From Selaginella moellendorffii (taxonomy: Eukaryota; Plantae; Lycopodiophyta), in NCBI RefSeq assembly GCF_000143415.4, contig NW_003314266.1, positions 766,463 to 830,462 of the forward strand: a DNA stretch of 64,000 nucleotides. Reading direction: 5' to 3'. The translations under genes were made by a program, and so were the position numbers. The notes beneath the pieces are model-generated. The model saw only the letters and a program-made list of their open reading frames with translations, was not told where the DNA came from and made no database searches. Shown in pieces: positions 1-11,202 of the stretch. How positions within the stretch are numbered: position 1 is the stretch's first letter; each line of letters begins with the position of its first letter.

Positions 1-958
1 GTTCTCGAGCTGTAGCAGCCTCTTTCCTGGACTACACCAGCTCTTGGAGTAGTTTGTCATGGTGGGACTGCTACTGAAGAATGATCTCCTTTAGCTGCCG
101 CATCTCGTTGGCAAAGTTCTCAAGAGCCGGAGGTGTATGCTGAATAGCGACGGGCTTTGGTGTGGATGGGTAAACAGCTACACGAGGTGACTCTGACGGG
201 GTGATGGCTTGGTCGAAATCAACTCTAGCAATCCCCAAGTCAACCAGAAGCTCTCTTTCCAGCTTTGTGGCAAACAAAAATGCCTCGCGGCAAGAGTTGA
301 ATGTCTTCTTAAGAAGTTTCCATTGCAAGTTCCCACGCAGACCCGCTGTGAATGCTGTGATCCCCTGTTGCTCATCTTGGACTACTTGGCGATCCCAACA
401 CTGCTTCCAGTAAGCTCGAAACCATGTGATGTAGTCAGGAACAGACTCGTGAGCACCCTGCCGAAACGAAAAGAGGTCGATAAGTAGCCAATTTGTGGGT
501 TTTTCTTCAACGAAGCGTTCTCTGAAAGAAGCAAGTAGTGTATGGAAGTCTGTCTGGTCCTCTGGGAGGAGAGAATCTGCCCAAGTTGCTGCTTTGCCTT
601 CAAGAGACTACAGGAAGTCGCGGCACATACGATTATCGTCGACGATCATGTTTGTGGTGCAGTAGTAATCAAAGCGACTAATATGCAATGTTGGAGAGAC
701 TGTTCCAACACTTGAGAAGACCGGCAAATCACTCCCCTTCTACAGAACATGGAGCTGAGGTCGAGCTAAAGGTGGCTGCGCCATAACTCGTAGATCTAAG
801 TCACTGGAATCTGTCGAGGAGGAAGAGGACTCGGCCCAAGAAAGTGCAGTGTTGTACCTAAGCTGCCTTTGGATGTTGGAAAGTTTACTCCGTACCTTAG
901 GGCCTTGAGGTATGGTGAAAGGGTGCCAATTTGTCGTACGTCTAGTTTGTACCGGCAT
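1..958 (-). pseudogene. gag: Ty3/gypsy gag (Retrotrans_gag-like), disrupted; runs off the window start
   Basis: One reading frame (track ORFs 740..961 and 71..328 are in the same frame): MPVQTRR...KGSDLPVFS...RDFL*SLEGKAATWADSL...FRERF...FRQGAHESVPDYITWFR...AFTAGLRGNLQWKL. This fits the gag pattern L.G.A..W / Q...ESV.DY..F. Three in-frame TAG stops. Confidence 0.8.
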
Positions 959-2072
959 CAAATACCCTGAACACTACAAATGCCTGGTCAAGGCAACTAG
1001 GTTGACAGGAGCAAGAAGACTGTAGGCTAGTGCTCAAGTTGCTCAAAATGCCTTTGACCCGTAGGGTAACTACCGGAGTAGCCATTGGGGTAGTCACTGG
1101 AGCAGCCGCTAGCCGGTAACCGGAGTAGCCGCTGGAGCAGCCACTGGAGTAGCCGCTGGAGTAGCCGGTAGCCAGTAACCGAGGACCTGTGACCTGTAAC
1201 CGGTAACCCCTACTTTCGCTCCTACTCCTGCACTTGCTCCAACACCAACTCCTATCCCTGTGCCTATTCCTACTGTCCCTGTTCCTACGCCAACTCTTGT
1301 TCCTGCTCCTCCTGTTCCTGTTCCTACGGTTACCTGTTCCTTGAAGATTGCTTCGTTCCCAAGGAACCCCCAACAAAGTTTAACCCAAAAGAGAAAAATG
1401 AGTCCTCTAGTCTCGATCCTTCTCCATTTTGACTGTCGATGGGCTCGTTGGAAAGGGCTCAGCCCCGTCTACCCTCTATTGTAGGAATGTGGGAAGAAGC
1501 CGCCTCAATATCCCTTGAAATCCATGAAGAGGTAGCCCAGAATGCCAACATTGTGGAAAAACATGTGCATGTCCATGATGTAGATCGATACTGAGGCGCC
1601 GTTGGTATTTTTGGAAAGCCTAGGACCAGGAGCACCTCTAGAAACAAATGGCAGCAAAAACAAAGCCTGGAGGAACGCGAATTCTTGCTACAAATATGAC
1701 CCAACTTGGCCAAAGAAGAAAATCCTTTTGCATGCCGTCAATTCACCCAAATCTAGTGCCAAGAACCACCACTACTCATAGATTTAGGCCAGATCTACAA
1801 GCCTAAATGCACTACCTTGAGAAATTCGGCCGAGGATCCAGGCGAGAAAGTGAAAACCCCAAAATGCTCATCCAATCAAGCCAAGAAACGTTGTATCTCT
1901 TCAAATACTACACAACTTGATGAGCGCCATACCTTGTTGGAAAGAAGAGCTCCAAACCTATCCAACACACCCAAGATCAAAGAAAACCACCACAAGATGA
2001 ACAAGGAATTCCTTCCCAAACTCTACGGCCAAAAAAAAAAGAGAGAAACGATACTTCAGAAAGTGTTGCGCG

Positions 2073-2089
2073 TCACGCCGGGTTCACCA
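2073..2089 (-). promoter_or_regulatory. Primer-binding site complementary to tRNA-Trp
   Basis: Plus strand TCACGCCGGGTTCACCA matches the plant tRNA-Trp 3' end TCACGTCGGGTTCACCA (recalled) with 1 mismatch. It lies 2 nt from the LTR terminus. Confidence 0.8.
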
Positions 2090-3218
2090 TTTGTTGGGGG
2101 AAGGAGGGGCGCTTCCCCAACGCTCGCTCAAACATGAGAAATGATTCACTGCTCTCCACCAAAATGCCCCCCCTTGCCCTTGTGAGGCAAGGGTTTTATA
2201 CAAGGAAGATGGGGAATATTCTGAGGACCAGAATATTCCTGTAAGCGACTAAATTTTCCATTATACTTTAGTCACTTAACCACACCTCCGACCACTTCGA
2301 GGAGTCTCACTCACCACCTCCATAAGTCCTATTTTGGACTTGGGCTTGCTAGCCCCGAGAATGGCATCTCCGCCACTCAACCTTTGCACTTGGTCCAAGT
2401 GCTCCACGTTTCCGATCCCATGACTGACACCCCAAGGTACCACCGACACATCAGCCCGTTATGCTAAGGCCATGCCCATTCACCTTGGTCACACCGGTGG
2501 TCTAACACCACCTACACCACAGCCCTATCTCTCAAAGACTGGGCCATCCGTCCATGAGGGATCATCCCCGATCCACTCCTTAGCATCCTTAGGATGCCCA
2601 CAAACATGGGGAATAGCCTTCCCCAATATCCCCTTTCCGGTCCCTACCAAGTCCCTTTCTGGCCATGGCCGTGTTTGCCAACACTGCCACTGGATCAAGG
2701 CCCACAGGCCCGACCACTAAGTCCCACGGTCCTCTGGGACTTCCTCACCACACGACTGTATCCTGAGTCACTACACCAGAGGACTACTCCTCTGCCTTTC
2801 CACAGTCTGGGCCTTCGAGACAACCTTTCGGAACACCGTGGCCTTACGCAAGCCTCGGGGATACTCTCCCCACCTTCTGCCTTTGGGTGCTCTAGCCATG
2901 GGCTTAGAGCGAGGTTCCGTTGAGCCATGCCTGGTATCCAAGTAGGTAGTGCCACCCACACTTGGACTGGGAGCATCGGCCAGTCGATCTCCCGGGGGAA
3001 CTAGAGCCGGCTCTTGAACACTTCACCAAGCTACCCCGCTTGTCGGTCCATATTCACTTTAGTCTTGGACTTCCCAGTGGATCACCCAACATTGGGTAGG
3101 GCCTTCCTGGGCCAAACTGGCCTTCCTGGGGCCAAACTGGCCCTTCCTGGCCAAACTGGCTCCACTGGGCTCCAACCCCCACACTCTCCCTACTATACTT
3201 TTGGAACCCCCCGCAGCC

Positions 3219-4706
3219 AAAACGAGCGAAAACCAAACGAGCATAACACATTTGGACTAAAAGCTCCGCCTTGAAAGGTTGAGAGCGGGAGTGGAACCCC
3301 TAACAAAGTGCTTGAGGAATGAGCACGAAGCGAGCCATAAGCGAGGCTCCAAAAAGGGACCCAAAAAGAACTAACACATGACACGTGGAAGTGTTCGACA
3401 TGGACCCGAGATAGAGTCCGAGATGGACCCGAGATGGAGTCCGAGATGGACCCGAGATGGACCCGAGATGGACCCGAGATGGAGTCCGAGATGGACCCGA
3501 GATGGAGTCCGAGATGGACCCGAGATGGAGTCCGAAGTCGAGACCGAGACCGGGACCAAGACCGGGACCGACACCGAGACCGAGATCGGGACCGAGACCA
3601 AGACCGAGGCTGAGGCCGAGACTGAGCCCGAGCCCGAGTCCGAGTCCGAGTCCGAGTCTGAGTCCGCGTCCGAGTCCGAGACCGAGTTCGAGTCCGAGTT
3701 CGAGTCTGAGAGGGTGAAAGCCCAAAGCGTTCGTCTCCCAGACCCTAGGGGGTTTGGTGAGCTCCAAAAGTATAGTAAGGGGGAGGACTGCAGTGGAGCC
3801 AGTTTGGTCAGGAGAGGCTAGTTTGGCCCAGGAAGGCTGGACCCAGTGTTGGGTGATGAGCTACCCACTGGGAAGTCCAAAACTAGAGTGAACACGGACC
3901 GACAAGCAGGGTAGCTTGGTGAAGTGTTCAAGAGCCGGCTCTAGTTCCCCTGGGAGATTGACTGGCCGATGCTCCTAGTCCAAGTGTGGGTGGCACTACC
4001 TACTTGGATACCTATCGTGGCTCAACGGAACCTCGCTCTAAGCCTATGGCTAGAGCACCTAAAGGTGAAAGGCAGGGAGAGTACCCATGAGGCTTGCGTA
4101 AGGCCACGGTGTTCCGAAATGTTGTCCCAAAGTCCCAAACGGTGAAAGGGAAGAGGAGTAGGCCTCTAATGCAATGACCAAGGATACAGTCACACGGTGA
4201 GGAAGTCCCAAAGGATAGTGGGACTTAATGGTCGAGCCTGCGGGCCTTGATCCAGTGGCAGTGTTGGCGAACACGGCCATGGACGAGAAGGGACTTGGTG
4301 GGGACTGGAAAAAAGATGTTGGGGAAGGCTATTCCCCATATCTGCAGGCATCCTAGGGATGCTAAGGAGTGGATCTGGGATGATCACTCACGAATGGATG
4401 GCCCAGTTTTTGAGAGACGGGACTATGATGCCGGTGGCGTTAGACCAAAGGTGTGACCAAGGTGAATGGGCATGGCCTTAGCGTAACGGGCTAATATGTC
4501 GGGGGTACCTTGGGGTATCGGTCATGGGATCGGACACGTGGAGCACTTGGACTAAATGCAAAGGTTGAGTGGCATGGATGCCATTCTCAGGGCTAGCATG
4601 CCCCAAGTCCTAACTGGGACTTATGGAGGTTGTGAATGAGACTCCTCCAAGTGGTCGGAGGTGTGGTTAAGTGACTAAAGTAAAATGGAAAAATTAGTCG
4701 CTTACA
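3219..4706 (+). repeat. Inverted, more diverged family B LTR copy nested inside the 3' LTR
   Basis: Reverse complement of the LTR, ending in the intact terminus GTCGCTTACA at 4706 and truncated at the other end. It replaces ~45 bp of the host LTR (compare 10420-10462). Confidence 0.88.
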
Positions 4707-7700
4707 CTTGTATTAGTATTCGGACTCAGACTCGGGCTCGAACTCGGACTCGGACCCGGTCTTGGTCCCGGTTTCGGACTCGGACTCGATCTCGGTCTCG
4801 GTTCCATCTCGAACTCCATCTCGGACTCCATCTCGGGTCCATCTCGGACTCCATCTCGGGTCCATCTCAGACTCCATCTCGGATCCATCTCGGACTCCAT
4901 CTCGGACTCCATCTCGGGTCCATCTCGGACTCCATCTCAAACTCCATCTCGGGTCCATCTCGGACTCCATCTCGGGTCCATCTCGGACTCCATCTCGGGT
5001 CCATCTCGGACTCCATCTCGGGTCCATCTCGGACTCCATCTCGGACTCCATCTCGGGTCCATCTCGAACTCCGTCTCAGACTCTGTCTCAGACTCCATCT
5101 CAGACTCCATCTCGGGTCCATCTCAGACTCCATCTCGGGTCCATCTCGGACTCCTCCACGTGTCATGTGTTGGTCCTTTTTGGGTCCCTTTTTGGAGCCT
5201 CGCTTATTGCTCGCTTCATGCTCATTCCTCGAGCACTTCGTTAGGAGTTCCACTCCCACTCTCGACCTTTTCAAGTCGGAGCTTTTTAGTCCAAATGTGT
5301 TACGCTCGTTTGGTTTTCGCTTTGGCCACCACCACATGGCACCATTCCGGCTCCACTTTGGGGCCTAGGGATTTTGTGTCTCACAACTCCACCACCCATA
5401 GACGAAGTTCGATGTCCTCATTGAACGGTAAACCCTCTTATAAAGTAACACCCGCATGTATTACCAGTTCCATCCTTGGCACTCAGCCAATATTTGTCTA
5501 TGGTTTGACACCAAAGGCTCACCATGCCTTGTCTATCCTCTAAGGAGCATAGTCTCTCCAACACAGAGACTCATTCGGCCACCTGGGGTAGTTTGCTCCC
5601 TTTTATTGGTTCAGTTCTCACTAAACCTGTTAAAGACATCGTCTCTAACTCAAGTCCACTACTCGTTCTCGAGTAATCTCAGATTCTATCGACATAACCT
5701 TTGCACTTTGGAACGTTTACTTTTGACTTCTTGAAGTCAATTTCCTAGGTGTCTCCGACACCTTGCATTGCACATATTGTGCAAGTCCACTTCCCTATCC
5801 TAGGAAGTTCTCTACTTGAGGGCACCATCATCCTCTTTTCTATTTTGTGCCACTCTTGGCACTACGTTCCAATTATCATTATTTGTGCTAGGGCTGTCCA
5901 CAGCCCTATCCTTTGGCTACTTTGCCGCTCCTCACTTGGAGCTTTTACTTTGCTAAATTGGAGCACTTGGGAATCTATTCTTGGAAGTCCACTTTCTTTC
6001 CCGCAATTCGTTAGCATCAAACACATTAGTGTTCTTTGGCTAACTTTGCCATTTGGATTCCCCCCATTAAATTCCATGGCCCAAACTTGGCCACTAGTCT
6101 TTTGCTCCTATCCATTGATTGTTATATCAAGCAACACAGGATCACTACCTCCCTCCTTGAGGTATTCTTTTGGTTCCATGGCAAAGCTCCACTTTGCCAA
6201 GTCTAGAGGGTGCTCACCCCTAGTAGGTCTTTTTAGCATTTTCTGCTATGGGCCCCTTCCACAGCCCAACATTGTGACCTTCCCATGGGTCTCTCCTAGA
6301 GACTACTTTGAACTCACAATACCATTGTATTGTCGTAGTTCATTTCCTTAGGTGTCCTTCCCATTTGGTCCCCTTGACCAAGCCACACCATTATCAATAG
6401 TTCAAATCAACTCTTTGAACTAGGAACCTTGTTCCTTAACCTCACAAGGACCTCGTCCTTGTTTTGGCCATAAGATCACCTAGTGATTTAACCTTGGCAC
6501 CTTAACAGGTTTGCCAATAGGTGCTAAGTCTCCTAGACCTTTAAGTTGTTGACCATGACCCCGGGGGCATCCCCCACACTTGGTGGTGCACCCAAGCTAG
6601 CCCTTCCAGTTAAGGGTCCATAGCAACTGAGACTGGGTGTCCCCATCTCATTCACCACGTCCTTGGTGCCACTTGCACCAATGTGTTCAAGTTAGATATG
6701 CCGAGCCACACTAAGCAATCTAACTGTGCAACACGACTCTGGGGCATCCCCCGCTTGGCGGTGTGCCCAAGCCAATCTCCTCATTGAGAGTCCATGACCA
6801 CCGAAATATGAATGTCCTCATATTCCAAACCATCACCACGCCCTAGTGATTTGGGACTCGAACCCAAGCACTAGAGGGTCGGGACTCGAACCCAACCTCC
6901 GTATATACATCTACGGAAGGCATCATCCAAGATGCCTAGCGTGACTCCCCACGCCGGTGCACCAACTTATACTTGAAACACGCTATAGATCACAGCTTAG
7001 GAACCTAATTCCTCCGCACTACCAAGTCCTCTCACTTGACAAGTCTGTGATCATGCATGGACTCCTCCATGCTTAGCCCCATGGCCCACCCTTTTTGAAG
7101 TTATCACCTTCAACTAGGGTTTTTGTTCCCCCGACTTGCCAATCTCGCTTGGCAAGTCCTCCGACCACTGTAACATGGTTCCTGTATAAGCGTGAAAGTC
7201 CTTGACCATTGACTTTCGTTCAAAACCCTCTCTTTGAACACTCGGGAACTACTTCCCTAACCTTGATAGCCTTGCCTCATGGCAAGCTTCAAGACCACGC
7301 TTCTGCTGCGCCACCTTGATTTCGCGTGTTCTATGAACCATTTACACTTGGCCTTTCTAGGTACTAAGCTACCTAGAATCGTCTTTGGGAACCTTGAAGG
7401 AATTTTGTCCCTTAGCTTGCTAAGGCCTCCCTTTTCGCAAGCTTTATAGTTGCTATATAGTCTAACATGTACAATTCCATATTTTAGACTCCCCATGGCA
7501 TCACGGTTGCTAGCAACAACATCCTCGAGCACCCTCTTGATTCTCCACTCCCAACTTACATAACCACTATTAAATATACCCTTCGATTTCTATAATTCAG
7601 TTCCATCCCAATACTACTTGCCTTTTGGCCCCATATGTTTCCTTTGGTTATTCTCCTCTAGACTAGGAGGATAGCTTTGCATATTTTACTATGCCTTGGC

Positions 7701-9440
7701 AAATATTCTTAGGGATGAACCTATCCGATAGCCTAGGGAATGGTTCCTCAATTTTGGGCACACTCACTTTATAATCCCACACATTGGAATTAACGTTGTT
7801 GCCTATGGGCCTTTACATGCCCATCACTAGCCTTGCCAAAATTTCATTTTTGGCTTTGTCCAATTCGGGTAGACAGTCTTCTCCTGTCTCCACAACCTTG
7901 GACATTTGGATAGCACCTACTATCCATCATTCGCTAGGGACTTAGTCCCTTGGGCCTTATCTATTGCCCTTGCGACACAAAACACCACCTCCTGGTGTTC
8001 TAGAGTGTTTGGGTGTCCCAATGATGGCCTCCTGACAATAAGCATTCCCGTTTACGACATTGATTTACTATATCGCAACATAAGCAATTTATCCCCCGTA
8101 AAGGTATATCTAACTTCCTTATGCCATTAAGAAGTCTTGGGTAGCTACCTTCTACCCATTTAACCAATTATCTTGCCCCTTTTGCTTAGTTGCCCCATAG
8201 TTGTCAAGTCCTACAACTCATTGCTTGGTGCTTCCACACCTCCATCATTATTTGGGTCACCACACTCCAACCGCATGCCTTCCAGCTTAGGCCATGCCAT
8301 TCCCACTTCCGTTGGGATTCCCTTGGCAAAGGGTTCTTATGAACCCACCAATATAACCTCAAGGTATCACACCTTAGCACATTTAGTGTCTCCACACCAT
8401 CAGCCCCACGAGCCTACCCTTATGACACTACTTATTAGTGTCTAGGTCTTTGCCAAGACCAATATAGTTGTTCCTCATGCTAACTATCCGTTAGCACCGC
8501 ACCATAGTGTTTACACCCAACTTTGGGCCAAAGTTGCTTTCTTCTGGGAACATCTTTCCCACAACTTTAGTATGGCACATTCTGCCATCAATGAGATACC
8601 TACTGTTCTCATACTTGGATCTTATGATCCTCCCCATACCTCATGGGGCACCATACACCTCGGTCCAAATGCTCCAACCAATCCCTTAGGACCATTCCCT
8701 GACTCCGCTTGAGTCATCCAACATTTTGGACTTTGCTAATCCAACAACCTGCAAGGTCTCAGTCTTAGAGGTGCCAACTCACTGAAATACAACTTCTTGT
8801 ATTCATGTCCTACTCACAAGGACAATCTTTGCAAGTGTTACTCTGACACTTGATAATTTTCTTGGGGCTAAACTTTGCCCCTTATGACTACTTGTCCATG
8901 TGATGAGAATAGCAACTCATCTTTAAGTACACCCCCAACTCCTTGGGTTGTTCCAGCATTTATTAGAGGTAGCCTCGGCTACCATTTCAAGGACTGGTGT
9001 CCTCTTCTGTATTTGACCTCCCACGGTCAACAATTCCGGTCTCAAATTTATGAGTACCAGCTTCAACCATATAAGGGTAATCTTGTGACTCCTTTATTGT
9101 TTTGGAGTCTGCATCTTTCCCGTGATCCCAACTATAGTTGTTTACCACAACTACATTAGCTCGTTTGCTGTGTCAAATGCTCATCTGGATCACATCCTCA
9201 GCTCTCTGAGGAAACCCTTATACTGTTCCCAAAATCCCAAAGTCGTTCCCTTACTGGCCCTTTTTCCATCCACCATATCGTACACAAGTTCATGCATGAA
9301 CTTGAGTGGAGAGCCATGTCCTTTCGACATGCTACTCCTCGAGGATAGGTCCATATCTAGGACCTTCCGATTCCAATACAAGCGGTGATATACTTGGCCA
9401 CCAATAAGAGTTGGACTAAGGAACAGCTCCGATACCAAGT

Positions 9441-11158
9441 TGTAAGCGACTAAATTTTCCATTATACTTTAGTCATTTAACCACACCTCTGACCACTTCG
9501 AGGAGTCTCACTCACCACCTCCATAAGTCCTATTTTGGACTTGGGCTTGCTAGCCCCGAGAATGGCATCTCCACCACTCAACCTTTGCACTTGGTCCAAG
9601 TGCTCCACGTGTCCGATCCCATGACTGACACCCCAAGGTACCACCGAAACATCAGCCCGTTACGCTAAGGCCATGCCCATTCACCTTGGTCATACCGGTG
9701 GTCTAACACCACCTACACCACAGCCCTATCTCTCAAAGACTGGGCCATCCGTCCATGAAGGATCATCCCCGATCCACTCCTTAGCATCCTTAGGATGCCC
9801 ACAGACATGGGGAATAACCTTCCCCAATATCCCCTTTCCGGTCCCTACCAAGTCCCTTTCTGGCCATGGCCGTGTTTGCCAACACTGCCACTGGATCAAG
9901 GCCCATAGGCCCAACCACTAAGTCCCACGGTCCTCTGGGACTTCCTCACCACACGACTGTATCCTGAGTCACTACACTAGAGGACTACTCCTCTGCCTTT
10001 CCACAGTCTGGGCCTTCGGGACAACCTTTTGGAACATTGTGGCCTTACGCAAGCCTCGGGGGTACTCTCCCCACCTTCCGCCTTTGGGTGCTCTAGCCAT
10101 GGGCTTAGAGCGAGGTTCCGTTGAGCCATGCCTGGTATCCAAGTAGGTAGTGCCACCCACACTTGGACTGGGAGCATCGGCCAGTCGATCTCCCGGGGGA
10201 ACTAGAGCCGGCTCTTGAACACTTCACCAAGCTACCCCGCTTGTCGGTCCGTATTCACTTTAGTCTTGGACTTCCCAGTGGATCACCCAACACTGGGTAT
10301 GGCCTTCCTGGGCCAAACTGGCCTTCCCGGGGCCAAACTGGCCCTTCCTGGCCAAACTGGCTCCACTGGGCTCCAACCCCCACACTCTCCCTACTATACT
10401 TTTGGAACCCCCCGCAGCCCCCCCCCCTGGAGGACGATCGCTTTGGGCTTTCACCCAACTGCCTGTATTAGTATTCGGACTCGGTCTCGGTCCCGATTTC
10501 GGACTCGGACTCGATCTCGGTCTCGGTTCCATCTCGGACTCCATCTCGGACTCCATCTCGGGTCCATCTCGGACTCCATCTCGGACTCCATCTCGGACTC
10601 CATCTCGGACTCCATCTCGGGTCCATCTCGGACTCCATCTCGGGTCCATCTCGAACTCCATCTCGGATCCATCTCGGACTCCATCTCGGACTCCATCTCG
10701 GGTCCATCTCGGACTCCATCTCGGGTCCATCTCGGACTCCATCTCGGACTCCATCTCAGGTCCATCTTGGACTCCGTCTCGGACTCCATCTCGGACTCCA
10801 TCTCAGGTCCATCTCGGGTCCATCTCGGACTCCATCTCGGGTCCATCTCGGACTCCATCTCGGGTCCATCTCGGACTCCATCTCGGGTCCATCTCGGGAC
10901 TCCATCTCGGACTCTATCTCAGACTCCTCCACATGTCATGTGTTAGTCCTTTTTGGGTCCCTTTTTGGAGCCTCGCTTATTGCTCACTTCGTGCTCGTTC
11001 CTCGAGCACTTCGTTAGGAGTTCCACTCCCACTCTCGACCTTTTCAAGTCGGAGCTTTTTAGTCCAAACGTGTTACGCTCGTTTGGTTTTCGCTTCGGCC
11101 ACCACCACATGGCACCATTCCGGCTCCACTTTGGGGCCTAGGGATTTTGTGTCTCACA
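9441..11158 (-). repeat. 5' LTR of the family B element (~1.7 kb)
   Basis: Near-identical to 2240-3218 plus 4707-5385; TG..CA ends; PBS adjacent. Confidence 0.92.
10476..10928. repeat. Minisatellite within family B LTRs (CCATCTCGGACT / CCATCTCGGGT 11-12-mers plus CTCGGA-type 6-mers); other copies at ~3400-3710, ~4715-5155 and decayed at ~40826-41070
   Basis: Tandem units are directly visible. They generate the many SISD/PSRT/RWSP ORFs in the track. Confidence 0.95.
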
Positions 11159-11202
11159 ATTCCCTCTCTCTCTCTCACTCTCTCGGTGACCACGCCCTAA
11201 CA

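Larger units (their letters stand above)
2240..11158 (-). mobile_element. Non-autonomous LTR element (LARD-like, family B), complete, with 5-bp TSD ATTCC
   Basis: TG at 2240, CA at 11158, ATTCC on both flanks (2235-2239, 11159-11163). 5' LTR 9441-11158. PBS TGGTATCGGAGC (Met-like) at 9426-9437. PPT-like GGGTGGTGGAGT at 5386-5397. Interrupted 3' LTR 2240-5385. The ~4-kb internal region has no recognisable gag/pol. Confidence 0.92.
1..11202 (-). mobile_element. LTR retrotransposon 1 (tRNA-Trp primed gypsy-type); its ~187-bp 5' LTR is split into 2092-2239 + 11164-11202
   Basis: TGTTGGGG at 2092 and CCCTAACA ending at 11202 form TG..CA inverted termini once the 2240-11158 insertion is removed. 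TATAAAA lies on the minus strand near 2194-2200. A PBS is adjacent and gag is downstream. It interrupts the chromovirus RT just before APVLF. Confidence 0.8.

Noticed and set aside
3300-5368. Many overlapping ORFs with SISD/PSRT/MESE/RWSP repeats (also 10215-10946 and 40801-41224)
   Set aside because: They are translations of the stop-free LTR minisatellite in several frames, not genes.
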